DNA of 61,038 bases, the filler included. It is 4 parts of 4 records of this genome, joined end to end, with 100 filler letters (N's around TTAATTAATTAA, not from the genome) between each part and the next. Parts side by side here need not be neighbours in the genome. Positions count along the whole stretch, not along the records: positions 18,082 to 44,714 come from SRR31156797_13021; 3 more parts are not named here. One strand, written 5' to 3'. Below, piece after piece: positions 19,094-28,993 of the stretch (its first letter is position 1; each line of letters opens with the position of its first letter). The notes under the pieces were generated by a model. That model did no database searches and was not told where the DNA came from. It was given only the letters and a program-made list of their open reading frames with translations. The position numbers were made by a program, and so were the translations under genes.

Positions 19094-20701
19094 TCATGTA
19101 CCGGAAACACCGGCAACCTTTGGTTTGTTTGAGGGCCTGGGGCGATTTCTTTGGGGCCTACGTGCCCTCGATCTTTGCCGCGAACGTCTTTTTGCGTCCT
19201 GGAAAGACGCTTTTTTTCCACCACGAGGCTCCCTCTCAACGGAAGGCCTTTTCGGAGGGGGCGGCGGAACGGTCAGCAAAGCTTCATCCGGTTGTTCACA
19301 AACAAGGGGATTTCCCAGATACTCCTCAATGGCCGGGATATAAAATGAATCATCCTCACAGGCAAAACTAACCGAAATTCCCAAAGCACCGGCACGACCC
19401 GTTCGCCCGATGCGGTGCACGTAATCCTCAGGATCCTGGGGCAGGGTAAAATTAATAACGTGGCTGATCCCTTCCACATGCAGACCGCGCGCTGCAACAT
19501 CCGTTGCCACCAGAACGCGAACATGCCCTTTGCGAAAATTCTCCAGGGTTTTGATCCGCCGGTTCTGGGGCACCTCACCGGACAGGATCGCGCAATTGAT
19601 CCGGTACCGCTGCAACCGTTCCGACAAGCGACGTGTCTGGTCACGCCGATTAACAAACACCAGCACCCGCTCCAGCTTCTGCCCCATAATCAGGTTCAGC
19701 AACAGTGCGAATTTTTCATCAGTGGTAACAATATAGACCAGTTGTTTCACCGATTCCGCAGCCACATGCTCCGGCTCGATCTCCACATGAACCGGGTTTT
19801 TCGTCCACTGCTCAGCCAGACGTTCCACCTCAGGCTTCAGTGTGGCGCTGAAAAACATGGTTTGGCGCTCGTTTTTATGGGGCGTGCTATAGACGATCTT
19901 CCTCACATCGGGAATAAACCCCATATCGAGCATGCGATCGGCTTCATCAATGACCAGGATTTCAACCTTTTTGAGATGAAGTATTTTCTGGCGCTGAAAA
20001 TCAAGCAAACGGCCCGGCGTTGCCACCATGATATCGATGGGTTTTTTAAGGAGCACCTGTTTTTGTTTATCATATTGCATACCACCCAATATGGACTGAA
20101 TTCGAAACCGGGTGTGTTTCCCGATACCGCGGGCATCCTTTTCAATCTGCAGCACCAATTCCCTTGTCGGTGCAATAATCAAAACCCGAGGTGTTCCCGA
20201 AGAACGTTTTCCCTTAATCGGTTTTTTGATAAGATGCGAATAGATATTAATGAGAAACGCGGCGCTCTTTCCGGTTCCCGTCTGTGCTTTCCCCGTAACA
20301 TCCGATCCGGACAAGGCCTTCGGAAGGATCTCCGCCTGGATCGGTGTGCAGTATTCGAAACCCAGATCGGAGATGGCATGCATAATGGTCGTCGGCAGTC
20401 CAAGGTCATGAAAACGAACCTTTCCTTCCACCTCGGGAACCACAAACCGGGAGACCTGCCAGGACGGTCGGGGCGCTTTTCTACCGGTGGATTTGGACCC
20501 GGTTTTCGGCGTTTCGCCCTTCCCCCTATTTAAGGGAACATCATCTGAAGATTTGGCAACATCCGGCAAAACCGGCGCGGGTTTATCCGGGGTGAATTTA
20601 TGAACCGGTGGCTTGGAAAGCGTTTTATTTATAGACGTTTTTGGGGAAACAGCATTTTTAAGGAGGGCATGAACTGCTTGAACTAAGTTTTTTAACAACA
20701 A
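19094..20701 (-). CDS. rhlB: DEAD-box ATP-dependent RNA helicase (RhlB-like)
   Basis: Q motif GFEYCTPIQ, AQTGTGKS, PTRELV, DEAD, SAT, HRIGRTGRAG. N-terminal EGKVRFHD segment resembles RhlB. Confidence 0.85.
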   Translation of the reverse strand: MLLKNLVQAVHALLKNAVSPKTSINKTLSKPPVHKFTPDKPAPVLPDVAKSSDDVPLNRGKGETPKTGSKSTGRKAPRPSWQVSRFVVPEVEGKVRFHDLGLPTTIMHAISDLGFEYCTPIQAEILPKALSGSDVTGKAQTGTGKSAAFLINIYSHLIKKPIKGKRSSGTPRVLIIAPTRELVLQIEKDARGIGKHTRFRIQSILGGMQYDKQKQVLLKKPIDIMVATPGRLLDFQRQKILHLKKVEILVIDEADRMLDMGFIPDVRKIVYSTPHKNERQTMFFSATLKPEVERLAEQWTKNPVHVEIEPEHVAAESVKQLVYIVTTDEKFALLLNLIMGQKLERVLVFVNRRDQTRRLSERLQRYRINCAILSGEVPQNRRIKTLENFRKGHVRVLVATDVAARGLHVEGISHVINFTLPQDPEDYVHRIGRTGRAGALGISVSFACEDDSFYIPAIEEYLGNPLVCEQPDEALLTVPPPPPKRPSVEREPRGGKKASFQDAKRRSRQRSRARRPQRNRPRPSNKPKVAGVSGT

Positions 20702-20775
20702 TTTTCCCTTTCACAACAATACCCTGCTAACAATCACAGGCATATGAACGATTACGATTAACATTGAATCGGAAA

Positions 20776-20849
20776 GAAGGGCTCAGACCCGACCACCGGC
20801 GACCAAAGACAAAAAATCTCTATTTCACGCCGACACCCGAAAGCCCTTC
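20776..20849 (-). promoter_or_regulatory. Long intergenic hairpin between rpsA and rhlB
   Basis: Outer stem GAAGGGCT/AGCCCTTC. Inner stems TCGGCG/CGCCGG and TAGAGA/TCTTTG pair fully only with G-U on the minus strand. Confidence 0.45.
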
Positions 20850-20902
20850 CGTCAGACTTGAATTATCAGGGGACGGGATAAAAACTTCAAATTATTTAGG
20901 AT

Positions 20903-22753
20903 CTATTCGTTGGCTGTGGTCGTCAGACCGTTTTGTGGGTCATCCGAATCCAAACCCATCATTTTTTCTTTCAGCAACGCACCCAGATTACTGGTGGCCT
21001 TTTCCTGATTGTTCACATAATTGGTATAGACCTTTTTCTCAGGACTTTCTTGAAGCTTTCGAATGGAAAGTCCGATCCGTTTATCTTTCTGGGAAACATT
21101 CACGACCTCAGCATCAATGTCATCACCGATCTGAAAATCCTTTAATTCCTTCGCATCCTGCTGACCCTTGGGAAGCTGGGAAACATGGATCAACCCTTCA
21201 ATACCTTCCTCCAACTCAACGAAAAGGCCAAAATCCGTAATGTTGGTGACCTTGCCCGAAACACGCGTGCCGGGTTTATACTTCTCAGGAATTTCATTCC
21301 ATGGATCGGGTGTCAAATGTTTGATGCCCAATGAAAAATGCTCATTCTCTTTATCGATACGAAGGATCACCGCTCTTACGTCATCGCCCTTTTTGTAAAG
21401 CTCGGAAGGATGTTTGATCTGCTTGGTCCAGGAGATATCCGAAATATGAACCAGGCCGTCAATGCCCTTGTCAATGCCCACAAAAACACCGAAATCGGTA
21501 ATATTCTTAATCTTTCCTTCGATGATGGCGCCGATGGGATACTCTTCCGTAATGACATCCCAGGGATTCGGCTCAAGCTGTTTAACGCTCAAGGAGATCC
21601 GTTTTTTGGCCACATCCATGCTTAAAACCATGGTTTCAACCGTATCACCCACACGAAAAAGTTCGGAAGGATGCATGACTTTCCGCGTCCAGGACATCTC
21701 GGAAATATGAACAAGCCCTTCCACGCCCTCTTCCAGTTCCACAAAAGCGCCATATTTTTTCAGCGTCGCAATACGTCCGGGGATTTTGGCTTCCACGGGA
21801 TATTTTTCTTCTATTCCGGTCCATGGGTCCGCGGTTAGCTGTTTGATACCCAGGGATACGCGTTCCTTCTCCCGATCAAAGCTCAAGACCTTTACCGTGA
21901 TCTTGTCGCCGATCTGGTACAACTCCGAAGGATGCCCGGTCTTACTCCAGGCGATGTTGGTCACGTGAACAAGGCCGTCAATACCACCCAGATCGATAAA
22001 CAGACCGTAATCGGTAATATTGGTGACGGCACCTTCAACCACGGCACCCTCCTCCAAGTTCTCAAGCACTTTTTCCCGTAGAGCAGCTCGTTCCACTTCC
22101 AGGACAGCCCGCCGCGATAATACGATATTTCCCTGACGTCTTTCATATTTGATAATCTTAAAATCGTGCTCAACGCCCACCAGGGTGTCCAGATCCTTCA
22201 CCGGCCTAAGATCGGCCTGAGAGCCGGGCAAAAATGCCTGAAGACCCACATCCACTGAAAGGCCTCCTTTTACCCTGGAAATAATCTTGCCCTTGATGGT
22301 TTCATTATCTTTGTAGGCTTTTTCGATATCATCCCATATTTTGACCCGCGCAGCCTTTTCCTTGGACAAAACAATGTTACCATCTTTGTCCTCTTTGCGC
22401 ACCAGAAGGACTTCCACCGTGTCACCCACCTGTGCGGAAAGGTTCCCCTCAAGATCCTTGAATTCGTTGATACGGATTTGTCCTTCCGATTTGTATCCAA
22501 TGTCCACGAGCACGAATTCATTATCAATTTGGACAATTTCGCCGCTGACAATTTTACCTTCTTGAATACTCTTCAGGCTTTCCTCGAACATCTCCATGAA
22601 GGAACGTTCGTCCTCGGCGTCCGCCTCGCTTTCGCCGGAATCAAGCGCCAATTCCTCTGTAACACCATTCTCGTCTTCCCAAATGGCGGCGTTAATATTT
22701 TCGGTTTCTAAAGATCCACTTTCGGACATTTCGTCTGTTCCTTTACTCATCAA
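20903..22753 (-). CDS. rpsA: 30S ribosomal protein S1
   Basis: Six S1 repeats (VDIGYKSEG, AFLPGSQ, GLFIDLGGIDGLVH, GAFVELEEGVEGLVHISEMSW and others). Confidence 0.95.
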   Translation of the reverse strand: MMSKGTDEMSESGSLETENINAAIWEDENGVTEELALDSGESEADAEDERSFMEMFEESLKSIQEGKIVSGEIVQIDNEFVLVDIGYKSEGQIRINEFKDLEGNLSAQVGDTVEVLLVRKEDKDGNIVLSKEKAARVKIWDDIEKAYKDNETIKGKIISRVKGGLSVDVGLQAFLPGSQADLRPVKDLDTLVGVEHDFKIIKYERRQGNIVLSRRAVLEVERAALREKVLENLEEGAVVEGAVTNITDYGLFIDLGGIDGLVHVTNIAWSKTGHPSELYQIGDKITVKVLSFDREKERVSLGIKQLTADPWTGIEEKYPVEAKIPGRIATLKKYGAFVELEEGVEGLVHISEMSWTRKVMHPSELFRVGDTVETMVLSMDVAKKRISLSVKQLEPNPWDVITEEYPIGAIIEGKIKNITDFGVFVGIDKGIDGLVHISDISWTKQIKHPSELYKKGDDVRAVILRIDKENEHFSLGIKHLTPDPWNEIPEKYKPGTRVSGKVTNITDFGLFVELEEGIEGLIHVSQLPKGQQDAKELKDFQIGDDIDAEVVNVSQKDKRIGLSIRKLQESPEKKVYTNYVNNQEKATSNLGALLKEKMMGLDSDDPQNGLTTTANE

Positions 22754-22806
22754 CTTACATACCCCCGGTTTAATTAAGATTTTTGATTTCCATCAAACAA
22801 TCAGCC

Positions 22807-22849
22807 AAAAAACAAGGGCATCCCGTGTCAACGCACCAAGATGCCCCTT
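22807..22849 (-). terminator. Terminator-like hairpin in the rpsA upstream region
   Basis: Minus strand AAGGGGCATCTTGGTG-loop-CACGGGATGCCCTT followed by GTTTTTT, ~55 nt before the rpsA start. Confidence 0.55.
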
Positions 22850-23264
22850 CAATCATTCCAAAAAATCCAGTTCTAAAGGTTTTCGACCTGTTGCAACCAT
22901 TCTTCCACAGGTCTTGGGTTAATTTCTTAGACTTCAAAACACACTCAGCCGCCTTCATCAAGGTATTTGATTTCAGGTGGGCAGGATGGTGAAGAGACAA
23001 CAAGGTAAAGCCTCTTCATGGTTCATGAATTAAAATGAGACTGATTCTCTAATCAAGTAACATTCATTAAATTAAACATACGAAACTGAATGTCAACAAA
23101 AAACCAATAAACCCAGTGGAAAAACACCTTCCGCTGCAAAAAAACGGACACCGTCTCTTGGCCCATTTCTTCTTGCGTTACAAGCGGCAATGGTTATTGT
23201 GATGTTTAATCCTGAAAAGCCGAATACACCATAATTGATAAAGTGTAAAGCAATAAATACCATC

Positions 23265-25439
23265 ATGCCAAATAAACATCATGCTTTTTTTGCCACCTGC
23301 CCTAAGGGCATCGAGGATCTCCTTTATGAGGAGATGGTTTCCCTGGACATTTCACATGTAAAACGGACCCGTTCAGGCGTTTTTTTCAAAGGAAACCTTC
23401 AATCCGCATATAGAGTCTGTCTCTGGTCCCGTCTTGCCAACCGCGTGCTTCTTCCCCTGGCCCATTTTGAGGCCAAAACACCTGATGATCTCTATATCCG
23501 GATTCATGAACAGATACAATGGCATGATCACATGAACCCGGGGGGGAAAATCGCCGTGGATTTTACGGCGAACCACGCCAACACCTTTCATTCCCACTAT
23601 GCAGCACTTCGCGTTAAAGACGCCATCGCCGACCAGTTTCGCGCAAAATTCGGATACCGCCCATCCGTTGACACGGAAAACCCCGACATCCGCATCAATG
23701 TTTACATGAAAAATGAGCTGGCTCAGGTTTCTCTGGATTTGAGCGGCAACAGTCTTCACAAACGCGGTTATCGGTTGGACGGCGGTACGGCCCCCCTGAA
23801 AGAAAATCTGGCCGCTGCCATATTGATCCGAGCAAAGTGGCCTCAACTGGCTGAAAATGGCGCCCCTCTCGTTGACCCCCTGTGCGGATCGGGAACCCTT
23901 CTGATTGAAGGCGCACTCATGGCCCTGGACAGGGCGCCGGGGCTCTTGCGGCCCACCTTCGGCTTCCTGAATTGGAAACGGCACGACCGGGCCGTATGGC
24001 AAGGTTTGCGGAGGGAAGCGGAAGCGCGTGCGGAAAAGGGGATTCAAAGATGGTTTCAACCATTTTTCGGTTTCGACAAAGACCCTGGCATCATTGCTCA
24101 AGCCCGGTCCAATGCGGTCCGTGCAGGTATTGAGGGTATCGTGTCATTCCAAGTGCAGGATATCAAAGCCCTTACAGCCCCTGAAACAAAGGTTCCGGGA
24201 TTGCTGATCGCCAACCCTCCCTACGGGACACGCATGGGCAAGAAGATGAATCTTGAAAACCTCTATAAGTCACTGGGAGATCGACTGAAACAGCACTATC
24301 AAGGCTGGTCGGCCGGCGTATTTACCGCTTCTCCCCATCTGGCCAAGGAAATGGGCATCCGTGCCAGAAAACAATACCATCTTTTTAACGGTCCCATTCC
24401 CTGCAAACTTCTCAATTTTGACATTCAGGAAGAATGGGTCATGCACGAAAGGGGCCCCGGCCGCCCTCTGTCGCAAACCAAAAAACCGCCTGCTCCGGAC
24501 CCGGGCTCGGAGATGTTTCAAAATCGGCTGAAAAAAAATCTGCGGATTATTGGAAAATGGGCACGAAAGGAGGGTATCACCTGTTACAGGCTCTATGATT
24601 CGGACATGCCCGAATATGCCGTGGCTGTTGATATTTATGAAGACCGACTCCATGTTCAAGAATACCGGGCGCCGGGTACCGTTTCTCCTGAAAAAGCAAA
24701 AGGGAGGTTGAAACAGATTCTCTCCGTTCTTCCCCGGGCCTTGAACGTTCCGCCCGATAAAATTATTCTTAAAATGAGAGAGAAGAAAAAGGGAGATGCT
24801 CAATATGAGCGGTTTGATACCCAAGGTCATTTTTTTGAGGCCAGAGAAAACGGCCTCAAGTTTCTGGTGAATCTAACCGACTACTTGGATACCGGTCTCT
24901 TTCTGGACCAAAGACTTCTACGCCAGCGGGTGCAAAAGGAAGCCTCGGGTAAACGGGTATTAAATCTGTTCTGTTACACGGCGACCGCTTCGGTTTACGC
25001 GGCAAAGGGTGGTGCTGCCGCCACCAAAAGTGTCGACATGAGCAAAACCTATCTTTCTTGGGCAAGAAAGAACCTGGTCCTAAACAATTGCAACAGCCCC
25101 AATCACCAACTGGTCCAGGCCGACTGTCTGGAATGGATTGCCGCCTGCAAAGACCGCTATGACCTGATTTACCTGGATTCCCCCACTTTTTCCAATTCCA
25201 AGCGGATGAAAACTTCTTTTGATATCCAACGGGATCATGTGCAATTGCTGACCCGGACCTTAGGTCTCCTGGCTCGTGATGGGATCCTGATCTTTTCCTG
25301 TAATTATCGAAAATTCAAACTGAACCAAAAGGGACTATCGCAATGGATTATTAAAGATATCACCCGGCCCACCATTCCAAGGGATTTCCAGAGGAACCCA
25401 CACATCCATAAAGCTTTTGAGATTAGGAAAAGCATCTAA
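23265..25439 (+). CDS. rlmKL: Bifunctional 23S rRNA m2G2445/m7G2069 methyltransferase
   Basis: CLWSRLANRVL, THUMP, SLHKRGYR, DPLCGSGT, NPPYG; second domain YLDTGLFLDQR, LNLFCYT, PTFSNSKRM. Start set at ATG 23265. Confidence 0.95.
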   Translation: MPNKHHAFFATCPKGIEDLLYEEMVSLDISHVKRTRSGVFFKGNLQSAYRVCLWSRLANRVLLPLAHFEAKTPDDLYIRIHEQIQWHDHMNPGGKIAVDFTANHANTFHSHYAALRVKDAIADQFRAKFGYRPSVDTENPDIRINVYMKNELAQVSLDLSGNSLHKRGYRLDGGTAPLKENLAAAILIRAKWPQLAENGAPLVDPLCGSGTLLIEGALMALDRAPGLLRPTFGFLNWKRHDRAVWQGLRREAEARAEKGIQRWFQPFFGFDKDPGIIAQARSNAVRAGIEGIVSFQVQDIKALTAPETKVPGLLIANPPYGTRMGKKMNLENLYKSLGDRLKQHYQGWSAGVFTASPHLAKEMGIRARKQYHLFNGPIPCKLLNFDIQEEWVMHERGPGRPLSQTKKPPAPDPGSEMFQNRLKKNLRIIGKWARKEGITCYRLYDSDMPEYAVAVDIYEDRLHVQEYRAPGTVSPEKAKGRLKQILSVLPRALNVPPDKIILKMREKKKGDAQYERFDTQGHFFEARENGLKFLVNLTDYLDTGLFLDQRLLRQRVQKEASGKRVLNLFCYTATASVYAAKGGAAATKSVDMSKTYLSWARKNLVLNNCNSPNHQLVQADCLEWIAACKDRYDLIYLDSPTFSNSKRMKTSFDIQRDHVQLLTRTLGLLARDGILIFSCNYRKFKLNQKGLSQWIIKDITRPTIPRDFQRNPHIHKAFEIRKSI

Positions 25440-25605
25440 AATTCAAAAAAAGGTTCCTGTAAGACTGCGAAAAAATAGAATTGTCGCCTTTCCCATATTA
25501 TGCTACAAATGGCAGCGCATCTAAGACTTGGGCTTGTTGGAAAAAATGGGGGTTCCATACGCCCATCATTTACCATTTTCAAAAATCATCCGGACGAGAA
25601 AACAT

Positions 25606-26448
25606 ATGACTGACCATGAAACGCTCCTTCGGGATGCTCAAGAAGGCCTCAACGAAATCGTCAAACCCTATCAGGTGGAAATCAATCGGCGGCAGCGCAT
25701 GGCCAATTTCATCAAAACCTGCATGCGCGGCACGGCCCGGAACGACTTTCTTCAACTGGATGAGCTGTTAAAAACCAAAATGGCCCGTGACGTTCAGGAA
25801 GAAGCGGGCATTGAGGAAATCGGCCCGATCTTCCAAGGTCTGCGTGAATACGCCAACGAACAGGTGGAGCGCTACCGGATGGAGTTCATTGAAGATCTCA
25901 CAACCCTGGCCCGGGATGCCGACCTGGAAATAACCATCGACTTTCCCCGCTTCCACTCATTGAAGGGAATCGAGGGAGAAATCAATTTTTCCAATCGCAC
26001 CACCACCATCAACAAGAAACTGCTCAAATCCATTGACCCCAGACGCATCGTGACAGCCCTGCTCCGCGTCAAAAAGCAGCTCTACGGTCGCCCTTACGAC
26101 CCCAGAACCTTCATTGACGGTTTATATGAAATCTACCGTAACGTTCTCAAACAGGAAAGGCTGGCGCCGGGCGCCAAGGTTCCGGCCCAGCGGCTTTACC
26201 TGGCCTATGTGATTTCCCTGCAAAGCAAATCTTTTTTTCAGGACATGGACAAAGGCAAATTCCGCGGTTACAGCGGCGATCAGTTCAGCGTGGACCTGTG
26301 GCGCTATTTTCAGGCGGGCACCGAAGGCACATCCGGCGGCCATGTCCTTAAAATGACGCCGGGAAGGATCAGCGCCCTGTGGCTCATTGACAGCGATGGC
26401 GAAAAACGCCGCATCACCGGCATATCATTCGAGGAGAAAGAAGACTGA
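25606..26448 (+). CDS. Hypothetical protein, first gene of the DUF2791/helicase operon
   Basis: 280 aa from ATG 25606. Its TGA overlaps the ATG of the next gene. Confidence 0.8.
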   Translation: MTDHETLLRDAQEGLNEIVKPYQVEINRRQRMANFIKTCMRGTARNDFLQLDELLKTKMARDVQEEAGIEEIGPIFQGLREYANEQVERYRMEFIEDLTTLARDADLEITIDFPRFHSLKGIEGEINFSNRTTTINKKLLKSIDPRRIVTALLRVKKQLYGRPYDPRTFIDGLYEIYRNVLKQERLAPGAKVPAQRLYLAYVISLQSKSFFQDMDKGKFRGYSGDQFSVDLWRYFQAGTEGTSGGHVLKMTPGRISALWLIDSDGEKRRITGISFEEKED

Positions 26449-27749
26449 TGTTTCAACAAGCGATGGATCAGTTAAAACCATTCGAGGCGAGGGCCATTAT
26501 CGAGGAACTGAGAAAGGGGAGCGTTCCCGTGGAATACGTACCCTTTTTCACGGTGGGACGGGAAAACTGGCTCACCTTGATCGAGGACGACCTGGACAAC
26601 TACATCGCCGAGGGCGGCGCAAAGGTCCGTTTTCTGAGCGGCGATTACGGGGACGGGAAAACCCATTTCATGTCCGTAATCCGCCACTTGGCCCTTCAAA
26701 AGGGCTTTGCCGTATCCTTTGTGGTCCTAACCCGGGAAGTGCCCATTCATAAATTCGAGGCGGTTTACCAGGCCGTCGTAAAACAGCTTCGCGGCCGATT
26801 CGAGGGGATCGGCATCCAAAACCTGCTGGAGGATTTTGTAACTGACCTGGCGAAGGATCTGGTACTTGAAGACGGGTCACCATCTTCAGAAAAGTTGGCG
26901 ACCCTCTCCAACGAGATTCGCTCCCTTCCCGGCATGGACATCAATTTCGCCAATGGCGTGATCGCCCTGTTGAACAACCGTCTGCAGCCCCTCGGGGAAG
27001 GAGAGGCCCGGGAAGATCGGGACCATGCACGCGAGATTCTCCATCTCTGGTTTGAGGGCGGAAAGGTCGCGAAAAAAGAGATCAAGCCCTTTCATATCTT
27101 TGAGGTGGTCAACAAGGGCAACAGTAAAAATTTCCTCAACGCCCTGATCGCTTTTCTGCGCTTTGCAAAATACCGGGGTCTGATCCTTCTCATGGATGAA
27201 CTGGAAACCGTGGTAAGCCAGGGCAAGTCCATCCGCGGCGCGGCCTACGAAAACGTTAGATTACTCATTGACAATACGGAACAGGCAGGCTTTCTCCACA
27301 TATTTTTTTCCATCATCCCCGATATCCTGGAATCGGAAAAAGGGTTCAAGTCCTACGACGCCCTTTGGAGCCGGGTCAGGTCCATCGGTGAAAACAAGCG
27401 CCTCAACTATCGCGGGGTTCTCATCGACCTTCACAGGACCCCCTTGAAAACTAAGGAGCTGATAGCTCTCGGCAAAACCCTCCGAACCATTCACGGCGTC
27501 TCTTACCGGTGGAATGCGGAAGAACGCATCCCCGATAATCTCCTTTCAGATATCTGCAAAAACCAGAAAAAGATGGGGGTATTAAGCGAAGTGCGGCTTT
27601 TCGTAAAACAGGTCATCCGCATCCTGGACATGGGGGAACAGGGGGAAGACGAAATCGATGAACTGGATCTCACGGCCCAGATGGTTCAAAGCCAGGAAGA
27701 AATGGAAAAGGAAAAAATACAGCACCTTGAACCCAAATGGGATTCGTAA
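26448..27749 (+). CDS. DUF2791 / BrxD-like P-loop ATPase (copy 1)
   Basis: IIEELRKGSVP, TVGRE, Walker A GDYGDGKTH, ALQKGFAVSFV, Walker B GLILLMDELE, SYDALWSR. Confidence 0.85.
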   Translation: MFQQAMDQLKPFEARAIIEELRKGSVPVEYVPFFTVGRENWLTLIEDDLDNYIAEGGAKVRFLSGDYGDGKTHFMSVIRHLALQKGFAVSFVVLTREVPIHKFEAVYQAVVKQLRGRFEGIGIQNLLEDFVTDLAKDLVLEDGSPSSEKLATLSNEIRSLPGMDINFANGVIALLNNRLQPLGEGEAREDRDHAREILHLWFEGGKVAKKEIKPFHIFEVVNKGNSKNFLNALIAFLRFAKYRGLILLMDELETVVSQGKSIRGAAYENVRLLIDNTEQAGFLHIFFSIIPDILESEKGFKSYDALWSRVRSIGENKRLNYRGVLIDLHRTPLKTKELIALGKTLRTIHGVSYRWNAEERIPDNLLSDICKNQKKMGVLSEVRLFVKQVIRILDMGEQGEDEIDELDLTAQMVQSQEEMEKEKIQHLEPKWDS

Positions 27750-28991
27750 GTGGACATTCAGTCTTTAAAAAACACCCTCCAACAGGAATGCAATTTCACC
27801 CTCAGGCGTGCCGTTGAACGTCTGAGGGAAGGGATATTTGATCCGGCTGCAATCCGGTTGCTCACAGCCCAAGAGGATAAACTGGTTCGCTCCTTTGACC
27901 GGGGGCTTTCTTTTCCCGAAAACAATTTTTCTCCCCATCTCTGCATCCGCGGGGATTACGGCCGGGGAAAAAGCCATTCTCTCGCCTACCTTCAGGAAAA
28001 AGCTTTGAAAGACGGGTTCGTCACCAGCATGATCAATCTCGATCCCCGGGAAGTCCCGTTTCACGATTTCGGGCGGGTGTACCGGGCGCTTTTGGCCCGA
28101 ATCCGTTTTCCGGACCATGAGGGAGATTTTCATTCAAAATGGAAATCCTGGACCAGGGATATCTCAAAACAAGCCAAAGGCAACGGACATTTTGATCCGG
28201 CAATCCTTCCCGATGAAATGCCCCACTTTTTCAAGAGCATGCTGACGGCTGCGGCCAACAAAACCGTAAAGCTTTCAGACAAAAAGAAAGCCCTAAAAAA
28301 ACATCGGAAATACCAGCCCCGAGAGTTTCCATGGCTTATTAAACGGGCTCTGGCGGGAACCATTGTTCCGGTATACAGTCTTAGAAATGTTTGTAAATAC
28401 CGAAATGTGGAATTTTACGGAGAAGCCCCTTTGAAATGCATGTACCCTCGGGAATACCTCACGCAGGTATTCTGTATGGCAACGCTCTTTAAACGGATGG
28501 GATACAAGGGGTGGGTGGTTCTTTTTGACGAGGGTGAATCCATTGCTCAGACGCGGATTACCTGTAGAAGCAGAAGTTATCAATTGCTTCACGGAATTTT
28601 CAGTGACAACTCGGCCGTCACGGGTCTGTATCCGATTTTTGCTTTTACCAACGATTTTTACTTTCGGGTCAAAGAGGAAGACTACGAACGGATTCGGATC
28701 ACCCAAAAAGGTGAATTGCCCTGTTTTGACATGAACTACGCCCGTGCATGGGAAAATCTCGCAACCCATGAACTCCATGATCTGTCCGGGAAAGAATGGG
28801 ACCAATTGACCCAAAAGCTCCTTTTGCTTCACATGCACGCTTATGCATGGACGTCCGAAAACGGACCCATTCAAAAGGAAATGGAAGCCGTTCTGGCACA
28901 AACGGTCAACAGGGAAACCCGACTCAGGATGCAATCTCTGGTCAACCAACTGGATATGGTTCACCAGGAACAGGTGCTGCACTTGTCATAG
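27750..28991 (+). CDS. DUF2791 / BrxD-like P-loop ATPase (copy 2, divergent)
   Basis: RRAVERLREG, Walker A GDYGRGKSH, ALKDGFVTS, MGYKGWVVLFDEGE, RSRSY. GTG directly follows the previous TAA. Confidence 0.8.
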   Translation: MDIQSLKNTLQQECNFTLRRAVERLREGIFDPAAIRLLTAQEDKLVRSFDRGLSFPENNFSPHLCIRGDYGRGKSHSLAYLQEKALKDGFVTSMINLDPREVPFHDFGRVYRALLARIRFPDHEGDFHSKWKSWTRDISKQAKGNGHFDPAILPDEMPHFFKSMLTAAANKTVKLSDKKKALKKHRKYQPREFPWLIKRALAGTIVPVYSLRNVCKYRNVEFYGEAPLKCMYPREYLTQVFCMATLFKRMGYKGWVVLFDEGESIAQTRITCRSRSYQLLHGIFSDNSAVTGLYPIFAFTNDFYFRVKEEDYERIRITQKGELPCFDMNYARAWENLATHELHDLSGKEWDQLTQKLLLLHMHAYAWTSENGPIQKEMEAVLAQTVNRETRLRMQSLVNQLDMVHQEQVLHLS

Positions 28992-28993
28992 TT

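Noticed and set aside
19415-20533. 372-aa plus-strand ORF and similar antisense ORFs (23373-24101, 28293-28982, 39674-40291, 58917-59483)
   Set aside because: Shadow ORFs opposite well-supported genes, with no motifs of their own.
22880-22960. TPP riboswitch-like words (GCTGAG, AACCC..GACCTG) on the minus strand upstream of rpsA
   Set aside because: Lacks the CCUGAU and GCGUAGG elements, and the downstream gene has no thiamine link.
28796-28993. 66-aa N-terminal extension of the giant helicase in the ORF track
   Set aside because: Overlaps the upstream ATPase out of frame; TTG 28994 directly after the stop is more plausible.
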